Assembly: GCA_045539135.1 (NCBI GenBank)
Contig: JAZQET010000002.1
Location: 593 to 64,592 of the forward strand
DNA: 64,000 bases
Source: Eubacteriales bacterium
GTDB lineage: Bacteria; Bacillota; Clostridia; Oscillospirales; QAKW01
Reading direction: 5' to 3'
In this document: one piece after another, positions 39,654-51,600 of the stretch
Layout: each line of letters starts with the position of its first letter
How positions within the stretch are numbered: the stretch's first letter is position 1
Translations under genes and position numbers: made by a program
The notes under the pieces: generated by a model
The model's input: the letters and a program-made list of their open reading frames with translations, nothing else
Databases searched by the model: none
What the model was told of the DNA's origin: nothing

Positions 39654-39684
39654 AAAAGCCTCCCCTTTTTTAGGGGAGGCTTTC
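39654..39684. terminator. Hairpin terminator (serves gdhA on the minus strand; also follows repeat copy A on the plus strand)
   Basis: aaagcctcccc tttttta ggggaggcttt, flanked by an A-run and a T-rich tract. Confidence 0.7.
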
Positions 39685-39720
39685 CTTCTGCTTGTCGGTC
39701 TGCGCCGATTTCAGCGGTCG

Positions 39721-41073
39721 TCACACTACGCCCTGGGCTTTCATTGCCTCGGCTACCTTCAGGAAGCCTGCAATGTTTGCACCGGCGATCAGATCGCCTT
39801 TCATACCGTATTTCTCGGCAGCCTCGGAAGAGGCTTTAAAGATGTTTGCCATGATCTGATAGAGCTTGGCATCCACTTCTTCGGCGGTCCAGCTGTAACG
39901 CATGGAGTTTTGGCTCATTTCCAGACCGGAAACAGCAACGCCGCCTGCGTTTACTGCCTTGGAGGGAGCGATGATGACACCGTTCTCTTTCAGATAGGAA
40001 ACCGCTTCTGCGGTGGTGGGCATATTGGATACTTCGATGTAATACTTCACACCGTTTGCAACGATGTTTTTAGCATCGGCGACATCCACTTCATTCTGGG
40101 TGGCGCAAGGCATCACGATATCCACCTTTTGCTCCCAAGGACGCTTGCCTGCATAGAAGGGCACCCCGAATTTATCGGCATAATCCTGCACCTTATTTCT
40201 GCCGGAAGCGCGCATTTCCAGAAGATAATTGACCTTTTCTTCGGTGGAAACACCGTCGGCATCGTAGACATAGCCATCGGGTCCGGAGATGGTAACCACC
40301 TTACCGCCCAACTCGTTGACTTTCTTTACGGTACCCCAAGCCACATTACCGAAGCCGGAAACGGCAAAGGTCTTGCCCTTCACTTCTTCGCCCAAAGACT
40401 TGAGCAGTTCAACCACATAATAAACAGCACCGAAGCCGGTTGCTTCGGGACGGATCAGGGAGCCGCCGAAGGGGATGCCCTTACCGGTGAGAACGCCGGT
40501 AAACTCATTGCGCAGTCTCTTATACTGACCGAACATATAACCAACCTCACGGGCACCTACGCCGATATCACCGGCGGGAACGTCGGTATCGGCGCCGATA
40601 TGGCGCTCAAGGTCGGTCATAAAACTCTGGCAGAAGCGCTTAATTTCCCCGTCGCTCTTGCCCGTCGGATCGAAATCGGCGCCGCCCTTGCCGCCGCCCA
40701 TGGGCAGGCTGGTAAGGCTGTTTTTAAAGGTCTGCTCAAAGCCGAGGAATTTCATAATAGACCAGTTTACAGTGGGATGGAAACGGATACCGCCCTTATA
40801 AGGACCGATGGCGGAATTAAACTGGATGCGGTAACCGCGGTTGACCTGCACCTTGCCGTTATCATCCACCCAAGGTACACGGAACCCGATCTGACGCTCC
40901 GGCTCCACCATCCGCTCGAACACACCCGCCTCAATGAGGTCAGGACGCTGCTCGGCGACAGGCTCCAAAGATTCAAGCACTTCGAAAACCGCCTGCAAAA
41001 ATTCCTTTTCGCCGGGGTTCCGCTGCTCAACGCGTGCATAAAGATCGTTCAGATAGGCATTTTTGATTGCCAT
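39721..41073 (-). CDS. gdhA: NADP-specific glutamate dehydrogenase
   Basis: GPYKGGIRFHP and PMGGGKGG catalytic Lys region, plus the GFGNV Rossmann motif. ATG 41073 follows AGGAG. Confidence 0.95.
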   Translation of the reverse strand: MAIKNAYLNDLYARVEQRNPGEKEFLQAVFEVLESLEPVAEQRPDLIEAGVFERMVEPERQIGFRVPWVDDNGKVQVNRGYRIQFNSAIGPYKGGIRFHPTVNWSIMKFLGFEQTFKNSLTSLPMGGGKGGADFDPTGKSDGEIKRFCQSFMTDLERHIGADTDVPAGDIGVGAREVGYMFGQYKRLRNEFTGVLTGKGIPFGGSLIRPEATGFGAVYYVVELLKSLGEEVKGKTFAVSGFGNVAWGTVKKVNELGGKVVTISGPDGYVYDADGVSTEEKVNYLLEMRASGRNKVQDYADKFGVPFYAGKRPWEQKVDIVMPCATQNEVDVADAKNIVANGVKYYIEVSNMPTTAEAVSYLKENGVIIAPSKAVNAGGVAVSGLEMSQNSMRYSWTAEEVDAKLYQIMANIFKASSEAAEKYGMKGDLIAGANIAGFLKVAEAMKAQGVV

Positions 41074-41189
41074 ATGTATCAACTCCTATAATAGAATAAA
41101 AAAATTATATCACTGCATTTTTTCCCCGTCAATAAAAAATTCGCCGATTTTCTCTTTAATTTTCCTCGATTTTATGTTAAAATCAACCT

Positions 41190-42197
41190 ATGAAAACGAA
41201 AGCACAAAAAAAGTCGATTGTGATCGGCATCATATCCACCGCTGTACTCCTTCTTCTTGCTGCGGGGATCGCCCTTTTTTGGCAAGGCTCCGAGAAAGAC
41301 TCCATCTCCCCCGCCGCCCTTTTGGAGACTGCCGCCACCCGCACCGAGAAAAACCTCTGCCGCTTGGCACTCTTGGAAGAAGAGCCTGCCAATGAAGCCG
41401 TGTGGGCAGACCTTTTGGCGGACTACAGTGTGCACGCAGATCCCATCACCTACCGCACCGCCTGCCAAAAGGCGAAAAGCGATTTAGGAGCGCGTCCCGT
41501 TTTCACGGAAGGAACTTCCGCTCCTCAAATCACCGCTCCTTTAGCGGAGGGCAGTACCCTTGCTCAAAAAGGATACACCATGACGGAATTCAAGGATGCA
41601 AGCGGCATCTGCGTTTCAAAAAACACGGTGTATTTTTGCACCGAGGAAGGTATTTTCGCCTCTTATCAAGGGCTGACCCGCAAAATCTCCCCTGCAATCG
41701 CCCAAGGGATGATCGCGGCAGAGGAAGGACTCTATTTTCTAAACCTCACCCAGCGTAAAGTACAATACCTTGCCGGAGACGGCAGCTTTACCGCCACCCT
41801 TTCCACGGTCAAAACCTCCGATTTCACCTATATTCAAGGAATTCTTTGGGTCTTGGGGACGGACGGAACTCTTTACCGCGACGGAACACCGTTGGAAACT
41901 CCGCGTTTTCGGGAGATCGCCGCAGTGGGAACCACCTTATACGCCAAGGGAACGGACGGGCTCTATCGAGTGGAGCAGGACGGCACCTCCTCCCTGCTTC
42001 TTTCCAAAGTCATCACCACCCTCACATCGGGGGAAGACGGGTTCCTTTATTTCTTAAATGAAGAAGGATATCCTTACCGCTTTGATCCTGCCACCGAAGA
42101 GGCGGCGATGATCAAGAATGTGTCCTCGGTTGCCGTTGGGCAGACCAACGATACAGTATATGTTTACACAGCTAAAGGTAAACTGCGAATATTATAA
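41190..42197 (+). CDS. Membrane-anchored hypothetical protein with a repeated beta-rich C-terminal region
   Basis: N-terminal anchor IVIGIISTAVLLLLAAGIALF. Recurring LY(F/R)..GT..LY motifs suggest a propeller-like repeat. No family assigned with confidence. Confidence 0.5.
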   Translation: MKTKAQKKSIVIGIISTAVLLLLAAGIALFWQGSEKDSISPAALLETAATRTEKNLCRLALLEEEPANEAVWADLLADYSVHADPITYRTACQKAKSDLGARPVFTEGTSAPQITAPLAEGSTLAQKGYTMTEFKDASGICVSKNTVYFCTEEGIFASYQGLTRKISPAIAQGMIAAEEGLYFLNLTQRKVQYLAGDGSFTATLSTVKTSDFTYIQGILWVLGTDGTLYRDGTPLETPRFREIAAVGTTLYAKGTDGLYRVEQDGTSSLLLSKVITTLTSGEDGFLYFLNEEGYPYRFDPATEEAAMIKNVSSVAVGQTNDTVYVYTAKGKLRIL

Positions 42198-42250
42198 TAA
42201 AAGAAAAATGCCGTAACGCGTAATGGGTTGTGTTCTTTATGGAGAATTTT

Positions 42251-42272
42251 AGAAAGCACCACTTTCTTTTTT
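42251..42272 (+). terminator. Small intrinsic terminator after 41190-42197
   Basis: agaaag cacca ctttct followed by ttttt. Confidence 0.45.
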
Positions 42273-42348
42273 CTGCTGAAAGGAACCGGCATCGCTTTTG
42301 TGTGCACAAATGCAGTTAAGCAGTCTGACCCCACTTGCAACATAAATA

Positions 42349-42390
42349 AGAGAAGGAACAACCGATCTGTTGTTCCTTCTCTTTCTTTTT
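42349..42390 (+). terminator. Strong plus-strand intrinsic terminator
   Basis: 14-bp perfect stem agagaaggaacaac/gttgttccttctct, loop cgatct, then ttcttttt. Confidence 0.7.
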
Positions 42391-42570
42391 AGTGAAATAT
42401 TTTGCTGACGCAAAATGTGAAATAATTCTCTTCAAGAATTGTGAAATATTTGGGACTGCGCCCGAATGTGAAATGAAATAAATCCCGATACGCCGCAGCG
42501 TATTTCACATTGCGAAGCAATATTTCACATCCGTAGGATATTTCACAAATCCCCTGAGGGATTTATTTCG
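42391..42570. repeat. Array of GTGAAAT(A) motifs (4 direct, 3 inverted) alternating with seven different small hairpins
   Basis: gtgaaat(a/g) at 42392, 42417, 42441 and 42468. tatttcac at 42501, 42521 and 42539. Every interval holds its own 4-7-bp stem-loop, for example attttgc tgac gcaaaat and aattct cttca agaatt. Confidence 0.8.
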
Positions 42571-42619
42571 TTGGGGTGATGTCCTAACGGACATCACCCC
42601 AAATGCGTTACGGCATTTT

Positions 42620-45600
42620 TTAGTTTACGATAAAGTAGAGATACTCTACCCGATCCGCAAAGGTATAGACCAAGCGATAGGTGCCCTCGGGGGCAGTATC
42701 ACTCAGGATCCAACTGTAAGGAACAGCGGCCCCGTCGGTCTGTGCCAATGCCTGATGCTCTTCGGTAAAGAGCGCGCCCAGATCCACCGATTCTGTGTAT
42801 GCGCCGTCTACCTTACGGTAGGCATCCACAGAAACAACGGCTTCATCATCGCCTGTCTGCTTGGTAGTGAGCGTAAACTGCAAGGCTTCGCTCTTATCCA
42901 ACAGCAGGTTGGTGGGACTGTTTTCGCAGTGAACCAGCAAATGATGTTCCTCTGCCACACCCAAGGTGAAGGAGGCTTCTCCAACCCTCGGCGTGAGAAT
43001 ACTGTTAAAGTATACCGGTTCAGGTGCCGAATAGACGGTCGCCTTCAGGGTCACCTTTCCGGTTACTCCCGTGATTCCGAAGAGATCGGTGTTCATGTTT
43101 ACGGTATGAGTACCGAAACCGTCCACACCCACCACAGCAAATTCATTGCTGCCATCGGGATAGTAGGTCACACCGTCGCACTCGAAGGTGATACCGTCGG
43201 GCAAATCCACAGGTGTTGCGCTATCATCCAGATACATCTGCAGTTTCAAAGCAAACTTACCTTCATAATAGCGGGTGTCGATTGCCACAATGCTCTCGGT
43301 AAGCACCACATCAAATTGAGAAGTACCCTTTGCGGGGAACACACCGGACTCACTTTCTGCATCATCTTCACCGTCTGCAGACTGGGTATCAAAGGTCATA
43401 GAGAATGCATCCAAGCCTTCCACCGTGGGATGGATGGCAAAGGTCAGTTCTTTTGCGGTAGACGCAATGTCATTCTCATCGGTATACTCCATGATTTCTT
43501 TACTGTTGTAAAGATGATTCACCTGCAGGGTTCCGTTATAAGGTGTTTCTGCATTATAACCGCTCCAAACAGATTCTGCCACCTGCTCAAAGTCACAAAC
43601 AAAGAGCAAACGTTCATTGACTACCTCGGATTCCTGCGCCTCATAAGCCTGCACAAAGGCGGGCTTTTCAGCCAACTGGGAAATAGGTTTCTCGGTACCC
43701 ATCTGCATAAAGTTCATAAGATCAACGGTCGCCTCGTTCCCCTTCTTAATGTAATAATAGAAGGTGGGAACGGTGCCGGTCAGATCTGCCATGGTGATCT
43801 TAGTGCCGATGGGCAAGGAAGAAATATTCAACGAAGTTACAAAGGTAGAGTCATTTATCTTGGGGAATGCACTGGGGATGTAGTTGGTCTGCACCTCCAC
43901 AGAGAAGGAGGAGTGCTCATTAATATGCAGCGCGGTCAGACCTGCAACACCCACATAATTCCGACGGTTTTCTGCAAAGATTGCCTGCTTGGGTACCATC
44001 CGACGAAGAGCCATTGTGGCGTTGATCACGTGGGTATGCGCCCCGTTTTCAATCGGTTGATAAACCTCTCCGTTGGTTGTCTGGAAGGCCTTCAGAGTGA
44101 GATTCACTTCCATTCCTTCGGTCCACTCGGTCACCGCATCGGAACGGTAAAGAATCACTTCCAAAACATTATTGGTGCCGTCGATCTTCTTGGTCAGAAG
44201 CGTATTGGTACTGATCTGGCTTGCGGCGCCGGCATCCTCTACCTGCACACCTTCCAGACCGGTTTTCACGGTGCCGTCCAACAGCGCCCACTTTTCACCG
44301 GACTTGGTAAGGAAACCGATACTCTCGCCCGACAGTTTGAACTCCACAGCGATGGCTTTGTTGGCCGTATTGGCCACTGCATCGGCAGAGGTCAGCAGAT
44401 CATAAGCATTTGCACCGGTCAACAGGGCCGCCAAAGTATCATTGACCGCCACCGACTCCAGCACATAATGCAGCGTTTGATCCGAAGTGGGATAAGCAAA
44501 AGCCACGCGGTCGGAATAATCCTGCTTATTGATGCCGATGTAACCGTCGATATTCAGGTCATACTGCACCTCATTACCGCTGATATACCAGTAATAATAG
44601 GAATAATCCGGCTCCCCTACCAATTTACCCACATTATCGATGACATCCATATAGCCATCGGCACTGCGGGCCATTGCGGAATAGGGAGTGGTACAGATGA
44701 AGTCACCGGTACTGCCTGTAATATCACCGTATACAAAGCCGCCGCCTTCACCGGGCACTGCGTTAAGCAGTTCCAAGGTATAAAGACCTGTTACAGGACC
44801 GTATACGCCGTTCTCATCGGCAACGGTCAGATATCTGCCGTTGGCGATACAAACGGTATTATAAGCAGTATGGTTATTTTTAAGTGTTACGTCATTATTG
44901 ATATACTCTGCGATTTCCGCATTAGACAGCTTCTCCACATTTTCCAACTGCCCTCCGTGACCGGTGTAGTTGTTATTCACATCGTTATAGCCTTTATCAA
45001 TAAAGGTGCGTTCCGGCTGATAATCGCTATGCAATGCGCCCAAGAACTTCACAAGGGAATCCAGCTTCACGGTGCTGCCCTCTTTCATATAGAGAGCGCC
45101 CACGCGGCTGATGGAATATTTTTCATAATCGCTGCTGTCCAGCGCGTCTTCCAAACCGATCAGCACCACATCGGAATTGATGAGGTTGACCGTATCGGCA
45201 CGCTGAATGGAATGGAGTGTTTTCAAGGTACTGCCGTCTGCACGGGGTTCTTCGCCGGTACCAAAGTTTTGGATATTAACCACACGGTTTCCTTCGGTAT
45301 TGCAAAGGTTGCCGTCGCCAAAGACGCCGCCTTGCTTAATGTAGATCTGCGTGGGAGTGGTGCGATTTTCCGCCGTGGTCTCACCGATGATGTTGACCTC
45401 TACATCGCCCACCGTGGTGGGAATGGAGGTATTCATGGTGTCGCCCTCACCGCGGTCGCCGCCGCCAAAGACCGAGCCATAAATGGCAATATCGGTATCG
45501 GCTACGGTAGCATCCACATTTACAGTAACGGCCTTTTGACCGACTTCTGCATACACACGGCTCTTTTCGCCGCCGCCGTACACACCGCCGACGCCGTTTT

Positions 45601-48600
45601 TACCTGCGATATAACCGCCGTAAATATTGGTTTCGGTGGAGCCGAACACCGCGCCCATTGAGGTTTGATAAGGCTCCGCCTGTGTGGGTTCACCGCGGCC
45701 GCCGCCGAAGACGGAGCCTGCGATGTAACCGTTTTTCACGGTCACCTTGGTCTTGCCCACTTCGGTGAGCTTGGCATTATTGGTACCAACGATCACCGTA
45801 CCGGCACCAACCGAACCGCGGTTGCCGCCGCCGTAGACACTTCCGCCCACAGAGCCGCCCTCACCATTGAGGGTGATCACCACATCGGTCTTACCGGAGG
45901 TGGGATCTACAGGATCATTTTCGTTTTCAGCAACGCTGAAGGAACGAGGCTGATCGATGGTTACATCGGTAGTACCGTGCACCAAAGATCGAACACCTTC
46001 ACCGCCGCCGTAGACACCGCCTTTGATCTGCGCATTTTCAGTGATCAACACTACCGTGTTTCCGACCTCTGCAACACGGGTATCCCCGCGGCCGCCGCCG
46101 TAAACGTTGGTATTGAGTTTGGAGTTTCCGCTGACCTTAATGGTGGAGGTACCGCCGACGTTGGCAATATCACCGCCTGCGTACGCAGATTTATTCAAGG
46201 AGCCGTTTTTAAACTCGATCAAGGTGTTGCCCTTTACATCGCCAAGAATACCGCCTCCGTAGAGGGTATGCTCCAAGGTGAATTTCTTGTTGCCAAACTC
46301 AGCAAGGTATTGATCTTGTGTATCGATCACAACATGGGTGTTTCCCACGGGTGCGGAAGCATAACGGCCGCCTGCATAGAGACACTCTTCAATATGAGAG
46401 TTATCCAAAACCTTTGAGGTTGCAGTGCCGTGAACAGCCGCATTTTCACCGCCGCCGAAGAAGGTACCGTTATAATTGGTGATCCCCTCCAAAACAAAGG
46501 AACTATCACCCAAGACCTCCGCCTTATAGCCGCCGCCGAATCCACGGCCGCCGTTTGGACGGTAATAACAGTTTCGAATCACAAAGTTGGTTGCACCGAC
46601 CGTTGCACCGGCAGCGCTTCCGCCGCCGAACATATAAACTGAACCGCCGGCAGAAGAAACACCGAAGCACCAATCTTCAAAAAGAAGGTTTGCGGTGCCG
46701 TTTACTTTACCGAGGTTACTGCCGCCATAGATGGCACGAGAGACTCCGCTCGAAACGCCAACAACAACATTGCGGTTTTCCCAATCATATGTTCTGCCGG
46801 AGGCATCGTGGACCACCACATTGGTATTCCCTTCCACCGTACCGCGATAGCCGCCGCCGAAAAGATACTTCAAGAGGACATCGGAAGGAATATAGTCCGT
46901 TTCCCCGATGGTCAAAACTTCCTCGGGATCGCCTTCAATGCGAACATTGGTATTTCCTTCCATTGCCTTGGTTTGAGGATTATCGATGATCGCACCGTCG
47001 TAACCGCCGCCGTAGACGGAGGACATCGTTCCGCCGATAACGGTCACGTTGGGCGAATAGACGTCTGAACCCTTTTGAAATCCGCCGCCGTAAATACTCT
47101 CGGTAAGAGCGGTGCCGATCTCATAAACCTCGGTGGTTCCTGTGGGTGCCAGATTTCCGCCGCCAAAAGCATCTAACAGGATCTTGCCGCCGAACAAATA
47201 CACCTTGGTATCCGACACGGCAGCTGTTTTTGCGTAACCGCCGCCAAATACACGGTTGTTCACCTGACCGCCGTTGATCGTTACCGTTGCAGTGGTTTGA
47301 ACAGGAGCTTCATTGCCGCCGCCGTAGACCGACTTAGCAACGGTTGCCTGCTCCACGGTGATAAAGGTTCTGTTTGCAACGGCTGCAGCATAGTAACCTC
47401 CGCCAAATGCATTTTCCTTAAGGGTTCCGTTATGAAGAACCACATTGGTATCTCCGCCTACGGTGCCGTATCTTCCGCCACCGTAGATATCCTTTTGAAA
47501 CGTACCGTTGTACAGATCCACATAGGTGTTTCCAACAACGCCGCCTTCATTTCCGGAGCCGTATACTTGGTTTTCGATGATCGGTGCAGTTTCGGCACTG
47601 CCGATGGTGATATAGGCATTGCCACCTACCGTGGCAGTATCATCGGAACCGCCGCCGTAAACCACCTCAACGGTCCCGTTCAGGATCTCCACATGGGTAT
47701 CCCCAAGGACATTTCCTTGGTGGCCGCCGCCGAAGGTATCACCAATAACGGAATGGACACCGTCGATCTTCAAATAGGTTGCATCCACCGTTGCAATCGG
47801 TGGACCTTTGAAACGACCGCCTGCCACCAAAAAGTCTCTTCCGGTGGTCACATTGTCCAAAACCTCTACATAAGTAGTTCCGTAAATACGATTAGAAGCA
47901 TTACCGCCGTATACGGTACGGAATTTACAAAGATTATCGGAATCTGTGCCCTGCAAGGTGAGGTAAACATCTCCGCGGATCACTGCATCGTTGCATCCGC
48001 CGTAAACATAGGTGCCGGCAATTGAACCGCCGCTATAGGTCTTTCTCATATCCAGATCGGTCAAGACCGTCTTAATATTTCCGTTCACAGGGGCAGAAGC
48101 ACCGCCTCCGAAAAGGTTTATACCGATGGTAAGACCGGAGACATCTAGTTCTTGCTCCGCCACCGTAACATAACCCATCTGACCGGTCAGGTTGTTGGTA
48201 ATGGCATCCTCGCCGGTACCGGTAACGACCGCGGTGCTTTCACTGCCGCCGCCGTGGAAGTTCTTCAAATAAGAAACCTTCGTTCCTTGGATGGTTCCGG
48301 TCAGATTGTTCACAATGTTTCCGTTCACAGCGCCACGGTAGCCGCCGCCGTAAAAAGTGATATCTCCGCCGATGGTGATCTTTCCTTCTGCATTGTAAAC
48401 ATCCCGAAGATTAAAGTTCGTTGCGTTATTGGTGATATTTCCGTTCACAATACCGTTGGATCCGCCGCCGTAGAAGTATTTAAATGTAATTCCGTCTAAG
48501 GTACTGGTTATATTGCCGTTGACCGTTGCTTTGGCAGAATGGCCGCCGCCATAGATGTTTTCGAAAGCATCCAAAGCATAGGCATCGGTGCCTTCCAAAA

Positions 48601-51600
48601 TATTCAGCACGATATTGCCGTGAACGATCGCATCAACAGGAGAATCATTTTCATCATCGGCATGGCCTTTACCGCCGCCGAAAACGGATTTCAGATCGCC
48701 GCCGGTGATATTAACGGTCACTGCGGTGTTGGCGTTATTCTCCGTACCGACCATAGCGGTAGAACAGCCGCCGTAGACACTGGCGTCAACTTTTCCTGCG
48801 TGAATATTCACTTCAGTGGTTTGGGTAACATCACCCTCAATACCGCCACCAAACAGATAATGGTTGATGATGGCATTGGGGTTATTAAGGGTCACAACGG
48901 TGCTGACATTGGTTGCGCCTTCCATACGGCCGCCGCCGTAAACGGAACGCTCGGTCTCTACCGCCGCACTGCCGTCGATCAAAACGGTGGAGCTTCCGGT
49001 AGCGCCGCTGTAGGCACCGCCGTAGATATTGCCGTCATTGGTATCATTGGCGGAAAAATCACCGTACCGACCGCTGCGAATATTCAAAACCGCTTCCTCG
49101 GTGGTAGATTGCATACCTGCGCCGTAGACCTCGCCGTAGACCTTAATATCGGCCCCGTCGATCACGGTCGTTGCCAAAGGAACCTTTGCGTCGTATTCAA
49201 AGGTCTGATTCTTATAAACATCATCACTATGGGTGTGAGAGCCTTTAATGCGGCCGCCGCCGTAAAGATCACGATGGAAAATACTGCTGCCGCCGATAGT
49301 ATTGGTAACGGTATCGCCGACTTTTCCGTAAAAGCCGCCGCCATAATAATGAGCATCAAAATCGCATTGACCCGCCACCGTTGTGGTAACATTTTCCGTT
49401 ACATCGGCAAAATAACCGCCGCCATAGAAACGGGATGCCAGATCATCTGCCACATCGGTATCTTTAATGGTAACATTGGTCAAGGACCAAATCACATTGC
49501 CAACAGTAGCAGAAGGATAAAATCCGCCGCCGTACACCGAAACAGGCTTACTTCCGTCACCGATCACGCAGTCGAGCAAGGTGATGTTTGCAGTTCCTGC
49601 CACCGCGCCGTAACGACCGCCGCCAAACAAAACATTGCGGCTACCCTCTTGCACGGTGCTTTCTCCGGTATAATGACCGATAGAAATCTTCTTGTCCCCG
49701 TTTGATACATCGCGGATGAAAATATTCGTATTTCCGCCGACATCGGCACCTTGACCGCTTCCGCCACCTCGAATGTTCAATACACTCATATCGGTAGCTT
49801 GCGGATCAAGAGCATCCATTTTAAGATTGGTATCTCCTGTAACTGCTCCGCCGCCGGGACCACCGCCGGCATAGAGGGTACCCACGAAGCCGCCGTAGAT
49901 CTGAACATCGGTTGCCGCAACAGAGCCGGAATAACCGCCACCGTAAACAGCATTATAAGAACCGCCGTAGATATTCACATCGGGGATGCCTGCATAATCC
50001 ACAGCACGGGATCCGCCGAAAAGTTGACTTGTCACAGAAGTACCGTCGTATCCGTTTACGGTAATTTTTCCCCCAATAGTACCGCCTGAATGGGAACCCC
50101 CGTAAACGGCTGCACTCTGAACCCCGTTCAGATTAAGGGTCACATTTCCCGTAATGGAACCGCCGGTATGATTACCGCCGCAAATATCGGTCCCCACAGA
50201 GCCACCGTTGACATTCACCAAAATATCGCCGCCCACATTGCCTGAAAAACAACCGCCAAACAATCGGACATCAATAGTATAGTTTGTTACATTTAATGTG
50301 ATGTCGCCGCCTACCGAGCCGGAATAACAGCCGCCCCGAAGCTCTTCGTCAATTTTAACGGTTTCACCTGTGGTATTATTCAGTGTCAAGTTCACCGAAC
50401 CGGTCACCGAACCGTCGTGACCGCCGCCGAAGACAGCGCCGTTATTGCTGCTGGAAAGGAGCACATTGGTATTCAGGATCGAAACATTGGTATTTCCGTT
50501 TACCGTAGCCGAAGCAGTACTTCCGCCGCCGTAAACTCCGTTTACAGTAGAGTTTTCAACGGAAACATCGGTACCGTTGACGGTTCCTGCATAGCATCCG
50601 CCGTAAACTACTCCCACCGTACTGTTGGAGATATTCAGATCGGGAATGCCGTTAAAGCTACCGGAATCACCGCCGCCGTAAACATTACCGACGGTGGAGT
50701 TCTCCGAAATATCCACGGTAATGGCTGTGCCGACCGTATAACCCGACTGATGGCATCCGCCGTACACATTACTTGTTTTGGATCCGCCATTGATGGTCAC
50801 CTGCGCACTGCCGGTTACGGAAGCGTAGTTACCGCCGCCGTATATACGCTCAGCGGTACTGCCGTTTGTAACCGTAACAGTAGCAGAGCCCCCAACGGTT
50901 GCGTCATAATTGGTTTTATCGATCAAGCCGCATCCACCGCCGTATACACGGTTTACCGTTGCGCCGTCGATGGTCACAGAGGTATTTCCGCCGACCGTGC
51001 CGCCATATCCGCCGCCGTAAGTACTACCGGTAACCTTGCCGCCGCTGACGGTGATCAGTGTATCATTGGTTACAGAGGCATTTCTTCCGCCGCCGTAAAG
51101 GGCTCCGACCGTGCCGCCGGAAACGGTCACAGAAGTAGCATTTACGGTTGCATCATATGTGGCAACAACATCCCCTGTTTGGGAAGCAAGGGTTGCGGTG
51201 GTTTTTCGCTGACCGCCGCCGCAAAGATTGGCAACGGAGCCGCTCAGCACTTTAATACTTGTATTCCCCGATACGGGCGCATCATAACCGCCGCCGTAAA
51301 GGGTGCCTGTGATGGTTGCGCCGTTCACGGTAATATCGGTACCCTGAACCGAAGCGGAATATGTAACGATCTTTTTATTCGCTTTATCACCGTCCTGATA
51401 CTGACCGTTATAGGTACCGCCGCCGTATACATTTTTCAAGGTGCCGCCGTTCAACACCAATTTCGGTGTTCCTGCATACGCAGAATAGCGAAGAGCTGCA
51501 TAAAGAGTGTCGTCAAGGGTTCCGCCGTTGATGGTTACCAAAATTGCGCCGGACGTTGTTCCGCTTGATCCACCGCCAAAAAAGACGCCGGTCACTTTGC

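Larger units (their letters stand above)
42204..42620. repeat. 16-bp perfect terminal inverted repeat bracketing the whole intergenic region
   Basis: aaaaatgccgtaacgc (42204-42219) is the exact reverse complement of gcgttacggcattttt (42605-42620). The right arm abuts the stop codon of the giant gene. Confidence 0.8.

Noticed and set aside
39583-41091. 502-aa plus-strand ORF antisense to gdhA
   Set aside because: It is a shadow ORF of a strongly recognisable gene. It would also start inside the structured repeat and terminator region.
42164-42361. 65-aa minus-strand ORF in the hairpin-rich intergenic region
   Set aside because: It has no RBS, spans terminator stems and the left inverted-repeat arm, and overlaps the end of the plus-strand gene.
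42391-42570. Possible CRISPR array (short repeated motif with variable intervals)
   Set aside because: The repeat is only 8-9 nt and flips orientation mid-array. Spacing is 18-27 nt and every interval is itself palindromic. No cas genes are present. It is reported instead as an unexplained hairpin array.
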